Origin: Mobula hypostoma
Lineage: Eukaryota
Assembly: GCF_963921235.1 (NCBI RefSeq)
Contig: NC_086097.1
Coordinates: forward strand, 96,474,001 to 96,538,000
Length of the DNA: 64,000 nt
Direction of reading: 5' to 3'
The translations under genes were made by a program, and so were the position numbers. Every line of letters begins with the position of its first letter. The stretch's first letter is position 1. The notes beneath the pieces were generated by a model. That model was not told where the DNA came from. It worked only from the letters and a program-made list of their open reading frames with translations, and ran no database searches. Positions 38,764 through 50,574 of the stretch are shown in pieces.

Positions 38764-39519
38764 GACAGTAATATGCACGTAAATAAACTTCATGCTCCTC
38801 ACTCTGTCCACGGAGAAGCTGCTGATGTGCAGTAGGGAGTGGTCAGCCTGCACCTTCCTGGAGTCCACAATCATCTCTTTAGTGTTGTTCACTGTGAGAC
38901 TCAGGCTATTGTGTTTACACCAATCTACAAACTGAACATGCAGCCCTAGAGATCACCGGTGCTCAGATGATGGAGCCAGAGATGTTGGAAGTAGAATGTA
39001 CTGGAAACAGTCAATGTTCTAGAGAGAGCGAGAGCACAAGAGCAAGAGAGCACGCGAGACAGAGTTGATTGAAGCTAGAAAATAGATCAGTAAATAGCAA
39101 ATTTATAAGATAGCAGCAATAAAGATCTGCAATCATTAAACAAAAAGTGAGTTTAAGTACTTAATTTGAAGAGGATTGTTGTTTTTCCCCCCCCCCCAGT
39201 CTCCACTGAGCTTCGTTTATATGTTGTTGAGAGATAAAAGTGGAACTATGAGGGGGATTACGGTGACAAGCAACTGGAACTTTAGGTTCAGTTTTATGAT
39301 TTTGGTGTACAGAGGTAGCAAACAGTTATGATACATTGTCCTCCCACATTTTAGAACTAAACACATGACAAAAAGCAACAAGGAACATGCACATCAACAT
39401 AAGTGCATGAATCACACTACAGAGACACTACCATCAGGATGGATCATGTTGTAGTCTGACACTGACAACCAACCAAGTAATGAAATCCGAAGCATTACAA
39501 ATGGAGCACAGTCTGTGGA

Positions 39520-39818
39520 TGACACAGTAGCATAGCAGCTAACGTAATACCTTAGTGCTAGAGGCTGGGGTTCAATTCCCACCTGTCTGTAATGAGCTTG
39601 TACATTCTCCCTATGACTATGTGGGGTTTCTCTAGGTTCTCCAGTTTCTTGCCACATTCCAAAGGCATAGGTGTTAGTAAGTTATGGGCATGCTATAAAT
39701 GGTAACACTTGCAGACTGACCCAGCACATCTTAGATTGTGTTAGTTTTTGATGCAAATGACACATTTCACTGTATGTTTCGACATACATGTGACATGTAA
39801 AGCTAATCTTTATCTTTA
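39520..39818 (+). mobile_element. V-SINE/HE1-like SINE
   Basis: B box GGTTCAATTCCC, V-domain tgtacattctcc..gggtttc..ccacattccaaag, tail (AATCTT)n-like. Confidence 0.75.
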
Positions 39819-41012
39819 GGCAGTTTGCTAGAAGTCTAGCATGACATCTTGCACAAGCCAGAAATCTCCGACAGATATCCCATTCATCCTCTCAGTCAGA
39901 TAATTGGAAGACAGTGTCTACAACTGAAGAATCGAATTAATACCAAATATTGTACATCTACTGTATAAAAGAACTAGAAAAATCAGCTGGGAATCAAACA
40001 AATCACTATCCAATTACTTCAACTACAAATTGATGAAAGAAATTAGGCGGGGTAAAATTGAAATAAACCATCACTAATAGTACAACAGTTCTGTGTTTAA
40101 GACATAACAATCTGGAAAAAAAAGAAACCAGAGGACTTCTTCCATGTTCTGCACTATATAAAAACAAAAGGCAACACCTTCTGAGGTGTAAATGAAAAAG
40201 AGAAAGACAACTACATTTTAAATAGTTTACATAAAACATGCAGCAACATTCCAATCAAGAATTCGGTATATATCCTCCATAGAAACAGAGAAAAAGGTAA
40301 CACAGCTATGTAATTTTTTTCCCAATTACCTTATCCAAGCTCCTTTATCCTACTCACCCTCATTCTCAGTATGTTATAAATTTTATGTCACCATCAATCA
40401 AGACAATCAGAACATAGTTCTTCATGGGCATTACATGTGTCTCGTTACAAGATAGATAGCAATCCCATCAAGATTAATTCAATTACAAACTGAACCACAA
40501 ACTACGGTCTTATACAGCTTACCCAAATAATGGTAAAATTCAACTTCAGTACAAACCAAATTATTTTCTTAGAATACAGTTCCAAATCTGCTTTGCTAAT
40601 ACTGTTAAGAGTAATAGTTGCTCATTTTCTCACCTGGGACTGATTGTTAGAAAGGGCACAAGATGAATGGCTACATTAACTTGCATATTCTTATAATAGC
40701 AACCAGCAATGCATTGTAATTGAACACAGGGCCATAGCGAGATTAAAGATTAAGAAAAAGTCATTCTCAATCCCAGTCACTATTTAATCCATTTGCTAGA
40801 AGTGTGCCTCCATTACAGATGACAATTTAATTCATAATTGTGTTTCAGCACTATTTGATTGATTATTGAGCAGGAGAATTCAGTCATAAATATAAAGCGA
40901 CTATAATTATCAACCAGACAGGACCAGAATGGGCAATCTTTCTGGTCAAAGAGGAAAAATTGGGATTGACCAGTTGAGTATGCAAATTTGAAGGTAAGGT
41001 AAAAATACTTAC

Positions 41013-41220
41013 TGTGGATTCCTTTTTCAAGAGCATCTTAAATCCTTTTGCCTTGTCCATATTTGAGCCTTCATGTAAGCTATCTGTAATACTTAAAAGT
41101 TGAAAGAATTCATCCACCTTTTTAGAAGATAGTCTTGGATCAGATGGATCTTTTTGGTTAGCTTGTTCATCTGCTGCTTTACCATATTCATAATCAGAAT
41201 CTCCATTAGCTGTAGTATAC
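41013..41220 (-). CDS. RMDN2: Coding exon of regulator of microtubule dynamics (RMDN/FAM82) gene, probably RMDN2; first exon visible in the window
   Basis: Acceptor ttctctccAG|G and donor ACA|GTAAGT; 208 nt encoding (G)YTTANGDSDYEYGKAADEQANQKDPSDPRLSSKKVDEFFQLLSITDSLHEGSNMDKAKGFKMLLKKEST. Resembles RMDN2/3 'GY[IT]TAN...D.LH.G....K..GF.LL'. Lacks the RMDN3 EDEVSCETV stretch, hence RMDN2 preferred; paralog call uncertain. Confidence 0.8.
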
Positions 41221-41269
41221 CTGGAGAGAACGAATATGAACTACAGAGTAAATGTGCCAATTCTTCCTA

Positions 41270-41545
41270 TTTATTTATTGATTGATTGATTGAGATACAG
41301 CACGGAATAGGACCTTCTGGCCCTGTAAGTCATGCTGACCAGCAACCCCAATTTAACCCTAGCCTAATCATGGGACATTTACAACAATCAATTAATCTAC
41401 CAACTGGTACGTTTTTGGACTGTGAGAGGAAACCCATACGGACGTGTGAAGAATGCACAAACTCTTAATAGGCAGTGATGGGAATTGAACCTTGATCACT
41501 GGCATTGAAGAGAGTTGTGCTAACCACTACACTACCATGCTGCCT
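41270..41545 (-). mobile_element. V-SINE/HE1-like SINE immediately upstream of the exon acceptor
   Basis: GGCAGCATGGTAGTGTAGTGGTTAGC head, GGTTCAATTCCC B box, V-domain, (CAAT)n/(AAAT)n tail. Confidence 0.8.
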
Positions 41546-42264
41546 CAAGATAAAGTCTATGCTACTCCTCCTTCCAATGGTATTCAAAATTTGAAACAAG
41601 AGTAATATGACATGAATAACAAAGCAGAAGTAAATTCAAAGGAAACAGTAGAACCTGTGATAGTAACTAACACAATAGCAAACACGAGTAAAATTATCTC
41701 CAAACAGGAGATCATCATTATCCCACAGGACTCTTTAACTAGGGGCCAGAGAGGTGGTGCAACAACCCTTGATGAGTTGTTGCTCTACCTCTGAGTAGTA
41801 CACAATGCATTCACAGTTTAGCAACTTCGAAGAAGTGGCAGCCTAGGCAGTAAAAGATGTGCAGATCCAGAGAATCTGCTTCATCCTAGATTCAGGTGTT
41901 GTTTCCATTACCCTTTACATTCTGGCATGCTGTCTAGATGGAGCACAGTCCCTTGGTGAATCAGGAGGCAATTACAATAGAACAGAGTTTCACACCTATA
42001 ACATCCATTGCATTTGTTTGACTTATTTCAAATCTAGATGCCAGATTTCATGTGGAAATGGATGGCTGTATTGTCCGATGATCTGATTTGCAAATAGTTT
42101 CACTTTTGCCCCCAGGGTGATTTTACCATCATTAATCGATCAACTGAATAGAATTGTGGCTAAAACACCACCCCATGAAAAACTTGCATCAATGCCCTAT
42201 GGCAGAGATAATTGGCTTCTTAACAAAGTCAAAGTAAATTTATTAAAGTAGGTTCATTTTATTA

Positions 42265-42990
42265 GAAACATAGACATAGAAAACCCACAGCACAATAAAG
42301 GCCCTTCAGCCCACGATGCTGTGCCGAACATGTACTTATTTTAGAAATTACCTAGGGTTATCTATAGACCTCTATTATTTTAAGCTCCATGTACCTATCC
42401 AGGAGTCTCTTAAAAGACCCTATCGTATCTACCTCCACCACCGTTGCCGGCAGCCCATTCCATGCAATCACCACCCTCCGTGTAAAAAAAAACTTGCCCT
42501 TGACATCTTTATTGTAGATATTTACAAAAAAAAGAATAGAATTAATGAAAAACTATACATAAACAAAGACTGATAAACAACCAATGTGTCAAAGACTAAC
42601 TGTGCAAAAAAATACTGAAAATATGAGTTGTACAGTCCTTGAAAGTGAGTCAGTAGGTTATGGGCTCCATTCAGAGTTGAGGTAAGTAAAGTAATCCACA
42701 CCAGTTCAGGAGCCTGATGGTTGTAAAGTAATGGTGGAGTGGGATCCAGGCTCCTGTGCCTCCTGCCCATTGGTAGTAGAAAGAACAGAGCATGGCCTGG
42801 AGAATGGGGGTCCATGATGATGGATGCTGTTTTCTTGTGGTAGACTTGTAAATGTGCTCAATCATGGGGAATGTGTTGCCGTGATGGACTGCACTATATC
42901 CACCACTTTCTGCAGACTGTTCTATTACTGGGCATTGGTATTTCCATATCAGACCATGATGCAACCACATCACAACTGTCATTGATGTAA
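42265..42990 (-). mobile_element. CR1 3' end (42265-42510) adjoining a Rex1/Babar 3' fragment (42510-42990)
   Basis: Similarity to the CR1 tail at 32712-33035; DPHSPGHALFFLLP.GRR motif. Confidence 0.7.
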
Positions 42991-43395
42991 TGCAACGTAT
43001 AATAAGTCCATCCAATGGGGATCATCCCCATGATCTCCTTACTGATGTCGTATGTGGCCCCTTTGGTGACTAACACAATCAAATTCTATCTTAAGATTAA
43101 GGGCAGCCAAACACATCTCAGTTTTGAAGTTACCTATGAAATCAGACAGAAGTTGGAGGATAGATGTTGCAAAACAGCTGTTTGCCAACCCTGCAGGGAG
43201 CCTACCAGAAAAGACATACTGCAATGATTTCACAGCACTTAGCTGGCAAGTTTTTCTGATAGCTAAATTACCGAAAAAAAAATCTGAGCAAAAGAATTAA
43301 TCTACACTTTGAAAGGTAGGGGTTGATCAATAGTAGTTGACATGGCCTTGCTGCTGAAAAATTCTGTTGACTAACCTTGACTTAGCAAAATAAAC

Positions 43396-44680
43396 CTTGG
43401 CTTTGCAATTCGCCTACCGGAACAACAGGTCAACAGCAGATGCCATCTCTCTGGCCCTACATTCCTCCTTAGAACACCTGGAGAATAAAGATGCATACAT
43501 AAGGCTCCTTTTCATTGACTACAGCTCTGCCTTTAGTACCATCATTCCAAATAAACTGATTCCTAAGCTCTGGAACTTGGGCCTTAGCACTCAGATCTGC
43601 AGCTGGATCTTCAACTTCCTTTCAGACAGGACCCAGGCTGTAAAAATAGGGGACAAGCTCTCCTCTATAATCACTCTGAGCACCGATGCCCCACAAGGCT
43701 GTGTACTCAGCCCCCTGCTGTACTCACTGTACACGCATGATTGTGTAGCCAAGTTTCCATCAAACTCAATATAAGTTTGCTGATGACACAACAATTGTAG
43801 GCCGTATCTCAGGTAATGATGAGTTTGAGTACGGAGGGGAAATTAAGAACCTGGTGGCATGATGCAAAGACAATAACCTATCCCTCAACATCAGCAAGTC
43901 GAAGGAATTGGTTGTTGACTTCAGAAGGAGTAGCAGACCGCACGACCCAATTTTACATCGGTGGTGCGCAAGTGGAACAGGTCAAAAGCTTTAAGTTCTT
44001 TGGGGTCAATATCACAAATGACCTGACTTGGTCCACCCAAGCAGAGTTCACTGCCAAGGAGGCCCACCAGCACCTTTACTTCCTGAGAAAACTAAAGAAA
44101 TTTGGCCTGTCCCCTAAAACCCTCACTAATTTTTATAGATGCACCATAGAAAGCATTCTTCTAGGGTGCATCACAACCTGGTATGGAAGTTGTCCTGTCC
44201 AAGACCGAAAGAAGCTACAGAAGATCGTGAACACGGCGCAGCACATCACACAAACCAATCTTCCATCCTTGGACTCACTTTACACTGCACGCTGTCGGAG
44301 CAGTGCTGCCAGGATAATCAAGGACACGACCCCCCCAGCCAACACGCTTTTTGTCCCTCTTCCCTCCGGGAGAAGGCTCAGGAGCTTGAAGACTCGTACG
44401 GCTAGATTTGGGAACAGCTTCTTTCCAACTGTGATAAGACTGCTGAAAGGATCCTGACCCAGATCTGGGCCGTACCCTCCAAATATCCAGACCTGCCTCT
44501 TGGTCTTTTTGCACTACCTTACTTTCCATTTTTCTACTTTCTATTTATGATTTATAATTTAAATTTTTAATATTTACTATCGATTTGTAATCCGGGGAGC
44601 GGGAAGCGCAGAATCAAATATTGCTGTGATGATTGTACGTTCTAGTATCAATTGTTTGGCGACAATAAAGTATAAAGTAA
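43396..44680 (+). mobile_element. Relatively young 5'-truncated Rex1/Babar LINE inserted in an old CR1
   Basis: [54 protein letters not shown]; tail AATAAAGTATAAAGTA. Confidence 0.92.
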
Positions 44681-45329
44681 ATTGAAGAGGATTATGTAGT
44701 CAATGTAAAATTTAGTAAGGCCATTGACAAGGTACTATATGGAAGACTCCATTAATAAGTGAGGACTGATGAAATCCAAGGCAATTTGGCAAACTGGATC
44801 CAACATTGACTTAGTAATAAGAAACAGGTTGTACGATTGAAAATATGTGACCAGTAGAGGCTCATTGGGGTCAAAATGGGACTCTTACAGATTTGGATGT
44901 GGATGCAGGAGCTATAATTAAGTTTGAAGATAACACCAAGAGAATAATTTTAGGTTACAGAATTACATTGATCTGCTGTTAAGATCATAAGACTATTAAC
45001 CACTGGAGCAACATTAGGCATTCGGCCCGAGTCTGCTCCACTATTCAACAGCAGCTGACTTATTTTCCCCCTCAACCCCATTCCCCTATCTTATCCCTAA
45101 TCTTTGACACCCTTACTAATTAATAACTTATAAACCTCCACTTTAAATATACCAAATCACATAGTTTCTACAGACATCTGGGGCAATGAATCTCTAAGAT
45201 TCACAATACTCTAGCTGAAGAAATTCCGTATCATTTCTGTTCCAAAAGGACATCCTTCTATTTTGAGGCTGTGACCTATGGTTTAGACTCTCAAACTATT
45301 TGGTGCTTTCAATATTCGACAGAAGGTTG

Positions 45330-45619
45330 AAGGGAGAAGGAGATGAGTTATTAACTTCAAACTTTCTGCATAATCACTCAGACTTGAACTGCATGTGCGT
45401 GTAAGAGCTGTATAACTCATCTCCTTCTACTTTAAGCGACGAACTTATCAATCACCCCTGCTGGGGACACTTTTTGGAGGTCCAAGATCCGTATGCTCTA
45501 CAACCGCTGGACTAAGTGTGTAAATGTAGGAGGGAACTATGTTGAAAAATAAATGTGCTAGGTTTTTTTAAATTGACTCCTTCTACCTTAGGCCACGAAC
45601 TTATCAATCACCCCTCGTA
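45330..45619 (+). mobile_element. Mariner-derived non-autonomous element (MITE-like) inside a CR1 fragment
   Basis: Transposase C-terminus RWTKCVNVGGNYVEK*; TIR ccttctaccttaggccacgaacttatcaatcacccctcgTA. Confidence 0.75.
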
Positions 45620-45998
45620 TCTTAGCCTCAAACCCTTCAATTCCATCAGCTGGATTATTAACATAAAACCTGAAAAGTAGCTAACCTCAAACTGACCCCT
45701 GCAGAACACAACTAGTTACCAGCAGCCAACCATGGAAAGCCCTCTTTTTTCACAGCATTACATCTATAATTGTTGTGATGTGATTGCATCACGGTCTGGT
45801 ATTGCTAGTCAGCCAACCTTCTATCCATACTAGTTCTTTTCTTGTAATACCATGGGCTCTTTATCTTGTTTGGCACCTTTTAAGACCTTCTGAAAACACT
45901 ATACAACAAAGATTTTGGGCTGCTGATCATGGAAATCATCACAAAATGTCACTATCATGCATCATTTTTTTAAAATTATCTATATATGTTATTTAAAT

Positions 45999-46833
45999 TG
46001 TCATGTGTGACACCAAGCAGAGCTACCAGACAGATGATGTGAATGAGAGAGATAATGGAAGACAATGGAGAAACATTCAACATGCTATTAAGAGAGAAGA
46101 GCGAGATTAACCAGAAAGAAACACAATTCAGATATTGACAGACCAGTTGCTTTGAACTTGAACTGTTTGAAGTTTGATGGACAGGTGATACCCCAGCAGG
46201 GGGATAAAAAGAGCAAGTTTGCTAAGGCACAAGACACGCCACGAGACCCTGGAAAGAGCAGTGTGCCCCCACAAGTTGGTGAGAGTGTGGCGGATCGGTT
46301 CGCAGGAACCGATCAGACGCTCACAGGGTGGAAAGGTACGATTGGTGCGAACCTGGGGAGTGTGTCCGCCCTTGCCTGGGTGCCAGGTTCACCGCGGAAG
46401 AACGATCGTATCCGGAACGGAGGGGTCACAGTCGGTGACCACAGCGGGATTAGAAGACTTCAAAAGGTCTGCCCGAAACCAAATGCGAAGACATCAAAAG
46501 GTCTGCCTGAAACCAATTGCATCTCTCACTCTCTCTCTCCCCAACGGTACAACAACAGCGACTACTTCGAACAGCACTAAACTGAACTGAACTCTGTTTC
46601 ACTTAAGACTGATCATTTTACCCCTAGACTGTGATAGAGCTTGGTTGATTCCTATTACCCTAGTTCTGTGTATATGTGTATAATATCATTGCTAACCTGT
46701 TACATTTATATCCTTACAATTAGTGTACTGTATTACTTATTTCTTTAATAAAACTTTATTAGTTCCTAGTAATCACAGACTCCGAGCGTTCCATTTCTGC
46801 TGGTTTGGCAACCCAGTTACGGGGTACATAACA
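45999..46833 (+). repeat. 5' LTR of the Gmr1-like Gypsy element
   Basis: TGTCATG...CATAACA termini, AATAAA near 46747, followed by a primer-binding site. Confidence 0.8.
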
Positions 46834-46837
46834 TAAG

Positions 46838-46855
46838 TGGGGGCTCGTCCGGGAT
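46838..46855 (+). promoter_or_regulatory. Primer-binding site complementary to the tRNA-Pro 3' end
   Basis: TGGGGGCTCGTCCGGGAT, the canonical 18-nt PBS-Pro, 4 nt after the LTR end. Confidence 0.92.
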
Positions 46856-46934
46856 TTTGAACGCCAAAATTGGGACTGGGTAAATTGATTGGGTTAAAAT
46901 TCCCCAAAGAAAATAAAAAGGGCAAACAGCAGAA

Positions 46935-49900
46935 ATGGAGATTGAGGAATTTTTAAAGGCGCCAACCTTGGAGGCATTAGAGAATGCCAGGAAATCAGAA
47001 TTCGCGACTGTTGCAAAACGATTGAATCTTTTTAAGGGGAAGCCAACAATGAGGAGAGCGGAGATGCATAGAGCTATCATTGAGCATTATGTATCTAAAG
47101 GTGTGTTTCCCCACAGGGAGCTGGAGGTGGTGTCTATGAGCAAACCTGGTGGAGAAGCAGTGCAACTGCAGATGGAAAAATTAAGACTTGAGCACGAGTT
47201 CCGAGTAAAGCAGTTAGAACAGGAAGAGAGAGTACAGCAGTTAGAACGGGAAGAAAGACAGAAGGAAAGGGAGTTTGAGCTGGAGAAGTTAAGGATGACG
47301 CTAGAGAGGGGCCAAATGCCGAACCAAGGTGGAGGGTTCAGAGCGACCCAGGAGATTAGGTTGGTTCCCCCATTTGAGGAGGCCGATGTTGATCGGTACT
47401 TTCTACATTTTGAAAAAGTCGCTGCAAGTCAGGACTGGCCGAGGGATAAGTGGGCTGTTTTACTTCAGAGCGTACTTAAGGGGAAGGCTCAACAAGCTTA
47501 CTCGGCGTTGTCAGCAGAAGATGCCCAGAGGTATGATGTGGTGAAAGAGGCTATACTCAGGATTTATGAGTTGGTCCCGGAGGCGTACCAGCAAAGGTTC
47601 CGGAATGTGAGGAAGTAGTGGGGCCACACGTATTTAGAGTTTGCCCGTGAGATTCAGATGTATTGTGAGCGTTGGTGCGCCTCGAAATGGATCACTGGGA
47701 ATTATGACAGACTGCTACAGCTAATACTGATCGAGCAATTTAAAGGTTGTGTCCCTGAAGGTATGAGGCCCTATCTAGATGAGAAAGAGGCAGAAACCTT
47801 AGCCACGACTGCTAAGTTAGCGGATAAGTACGCGTTAACACACAAAGCAAAGTTTACCCCGAGTAACAGTTACCAGAAGGGTAGTCGAGAGGGCGGAGAA
47901 AGTCCGCCGGAAAAGCCAGAAAGTCAGCCGGGGACTAGTGAGAAGGATAAGGAAGACAGGAAGCAGTTTGGTAGGAAGTCTCCTGGGGTCGTATGCTATA
48001 ATTGTGGGAAAGCCAGTCACATTGTGTCCAGGTGTTTTGCCCCAAAGAAGGAGACAGGGAAAGGAAAAACAATGACTCTGACTGGCTGTATTGAGCCGGC
48101 AAACAAACCGCTAGGGGAGAAGAGGTCTGATAGAGCTCAGGAAGGGCGCGAGAAGTTTATTTCGGCTGGATTGGTGTCAGTGAAGGAGGGGTCAAACCCA
48201 GTTCCAGTACGGATCTGGAGGGACACTGGGGCTTGTCAGTCATTGATCTTAAGGAGGGTGTTAGACTTCAGTTCAGAGACCGATACTGGGGAGGTCAGTG
48301 TGATAAAAGGCATTGGGAAAGGGACTGAAGCAATACCTTTGCACCAGATACACCTAAAAAATGACTTGGTCTCTGGACCGGTCACGATAGGGGTGAGGCC
48401 CGAATTACCGATGGAGGACGTGGAGGTCTTACTCGGTAACAACCTTGCAGGTGGAGATGTGTACCCAGCAGTAAAACTGACGAGCAAGCCTGCCAGGACT
48501 GAGGACCCGCCCATGGACTCACAGGTTTATCCCGTTTGTGCAGTAACTCTGCGCATGTCCAGAAAGGCTGCCAAAGCGAATGTAGATTTAGCTGAGACGT
48601 TTTTACCAGCCTTGTACCAGGAGAGGTTAGAAAGTGAGAAGAAGGAGCATAGTGGAGCGGAAGGAAGTGAGGGAGTTGCGATAGATTTATCATTAGCGAG
48701 GAAGGAATTTATACAGGCACAGGAACAAGACGAGGAGCTGATGGTTTTGACGGCGACAGCTCTCTCCGAAGCAGAAATAAAAAGGGAACCAGTGGGCTAT
48801 TATGTGAAGGAGGGAGTACTGATGAGGAAGTGGAGATCAAGTACCGTGCCCGCAGATGAGGAGTGGGGGGTGGTACACCAAGTGGTAGTGCCGAAAATTT
48901 ATAGGGACGAGATTTTTAACCTGACCCACAAGATACCCCTCGGTGGACATTTTGGGGTGAGGAAAACAGTCGATAGAATTATGAAAGAGTTTTACTGGCC
49001 GAACATGAGGAAGGATATTATTGAATATTGTAGACGGTGTCATTCCTGTCAGGTGGTAGGAAAGCCGAACCAGGTCTTGCCTAAAGCGCCCCTTTGACCG
49101 ATACCCACTTTCGGGGAACCTTTTTCCCGAATAATTGTGGATTTTGTCCGTCCCCTGCTCAGAACTGCGAGTGGGCGAGAGTATGTGATGACTATGATGT
49201 GCGCCGCCAGCAGGTTTCCGGAGGCTGTGCCTCTGGCAAGTGTCAAGGCTCCCGCAGTGGTAAAGGCGCTTGTGAAATTTTTCACTATGGTGGGGCTGCC
49301 AAGGGAAATCCAGTCAGATCAGGGGAGTGTCTTCACATCTCACACATTCTGACGGATGTTAGATGAGATGGGAGCAAAACAGATTTTGGCCTCCACGTAC
49401 CACCCGGAGTCCGAAGGGGCGTTGGAAAGATTCCACGCAACATTAAAGACCATGACTAAAATTTATTGTCAAGAGAACACTAGGGACTGGTATTTGCCGT
49501 AAGGGACACGGTTCAGGAGTCATTGGGGTTCAGCCCATTCAAGCTCATCTTCGGTCATCGGCCCAGAGGACCCCTGACCTTTCTGAAAGAGCAATGGTCC
49601 AATCCGTACAAGTCAATGTGATTATGTTTTAAAATTTCGTGAGAGGCTTAAAAGGATCTGTGACCTTGCCAAAGAAAATCTACAACACTCCCAAACTAAA
49701 ATGAAACAATGGTATGATAGACGTGCCCGCGAACAAGTGTTTCAAGTTGGTGATAGGGTCTTAGTTCTGTTTCCAGTGGTAACCAACCCCCTCCAGGTGA
49801 GATTCCACGGTCCGTACAAAGTGATTAAAAAGATAGACTCTTTGAATTATGTTATCGAAACGCCGGACAGATGTAAGCCAACCCAATTAGTACACATTAA

Positions 49901-50187
49901 TATGTTAAAAGCTTACCACGATCAGAAAGCAGATCTAGTCGCCGTTATCATAAAAATTAATGAGACTGGCGGTGCCAAATGATAAGGGGAAAACCCATCT
50001 TGAAAAGATAAATATGGTGCCGACCAGATTGGAGAACTCTATTGTTTTGGCCAACTTTGCTGATAAGGTCTCTCACTTAACCCCTGAACAGAGCGAGCTG
50101 CTGATAAAGCTAATTAACCGGCATGCAGATTTATGTCCGGATGTCCCGAGGCGATGCAAGGGGATGGTACATGATGTTGCTGGCTGA
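46935..50187 (+). mobile_element. Gmr1-type Ty3/Gypsy internal region: gag (SCAN + CCHC), protease, integrase; truncated before RT
   Basis: ELVPEAYQQRFR...LILIEQF (SCAN-like), CYNCGKASHIVSRC, RDTGA protease, H..GGH..C..C integrase Zn domain directly after protease, DFV..SDQGS core, GPY motif; several stops. Confidence 0.92.
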
Positions 50188-50320
50188 TTATTGTTGGACA
50201 CCTAAGCAAGAAATCTCAGACACTAAGTACAAGTGAAAATCATCATCAAATTATTTTTAGCTTAGTTGAACTGTTGCAAAGCATCAGCAACGTTAAACAT
50301 TTAAATACATTATATTCAAT

Positions 50321-50507
50321 AAAAGTTAACTGTTTCTCCAAATTCCTACGTGGAACAAATAGTCTGAAATTACATTTAGTTTCAAGCAGTCTATCATAAC
50401 CAGATTATATTCAAAAAAAGTTAACTTCTTGTTTCTTCAAATTCCTACGTGATACAAGTAGTCTGAAATTACATTTGGGTTCAGTTTCAAGCAGTCTATC
50501 ATAACCA
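50321..50507. repeat. Two-copy imperfect tandem duplication (~90 bp)
   Basis: aaaagttaact...aaattcctacgtg...tagtctgaaattacattt...gtttcaagcagtctatcataacca at ~50321-50402 and ~50415-50507. Confidence 0.85.
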
Positions 50508-50574
50508 ACAAACATTTCTGAGGAAGCAACACTTCTGAAAAAATTTGCTCTCCACTGAGATCCAAGTTACCAAC

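Noticed and set aside
45999..50187. Endogenous gammaretrovirus suggested by PBS-Pro
   Set aside because: No env; gag and domain order are Gypsy/Gmr1-like.
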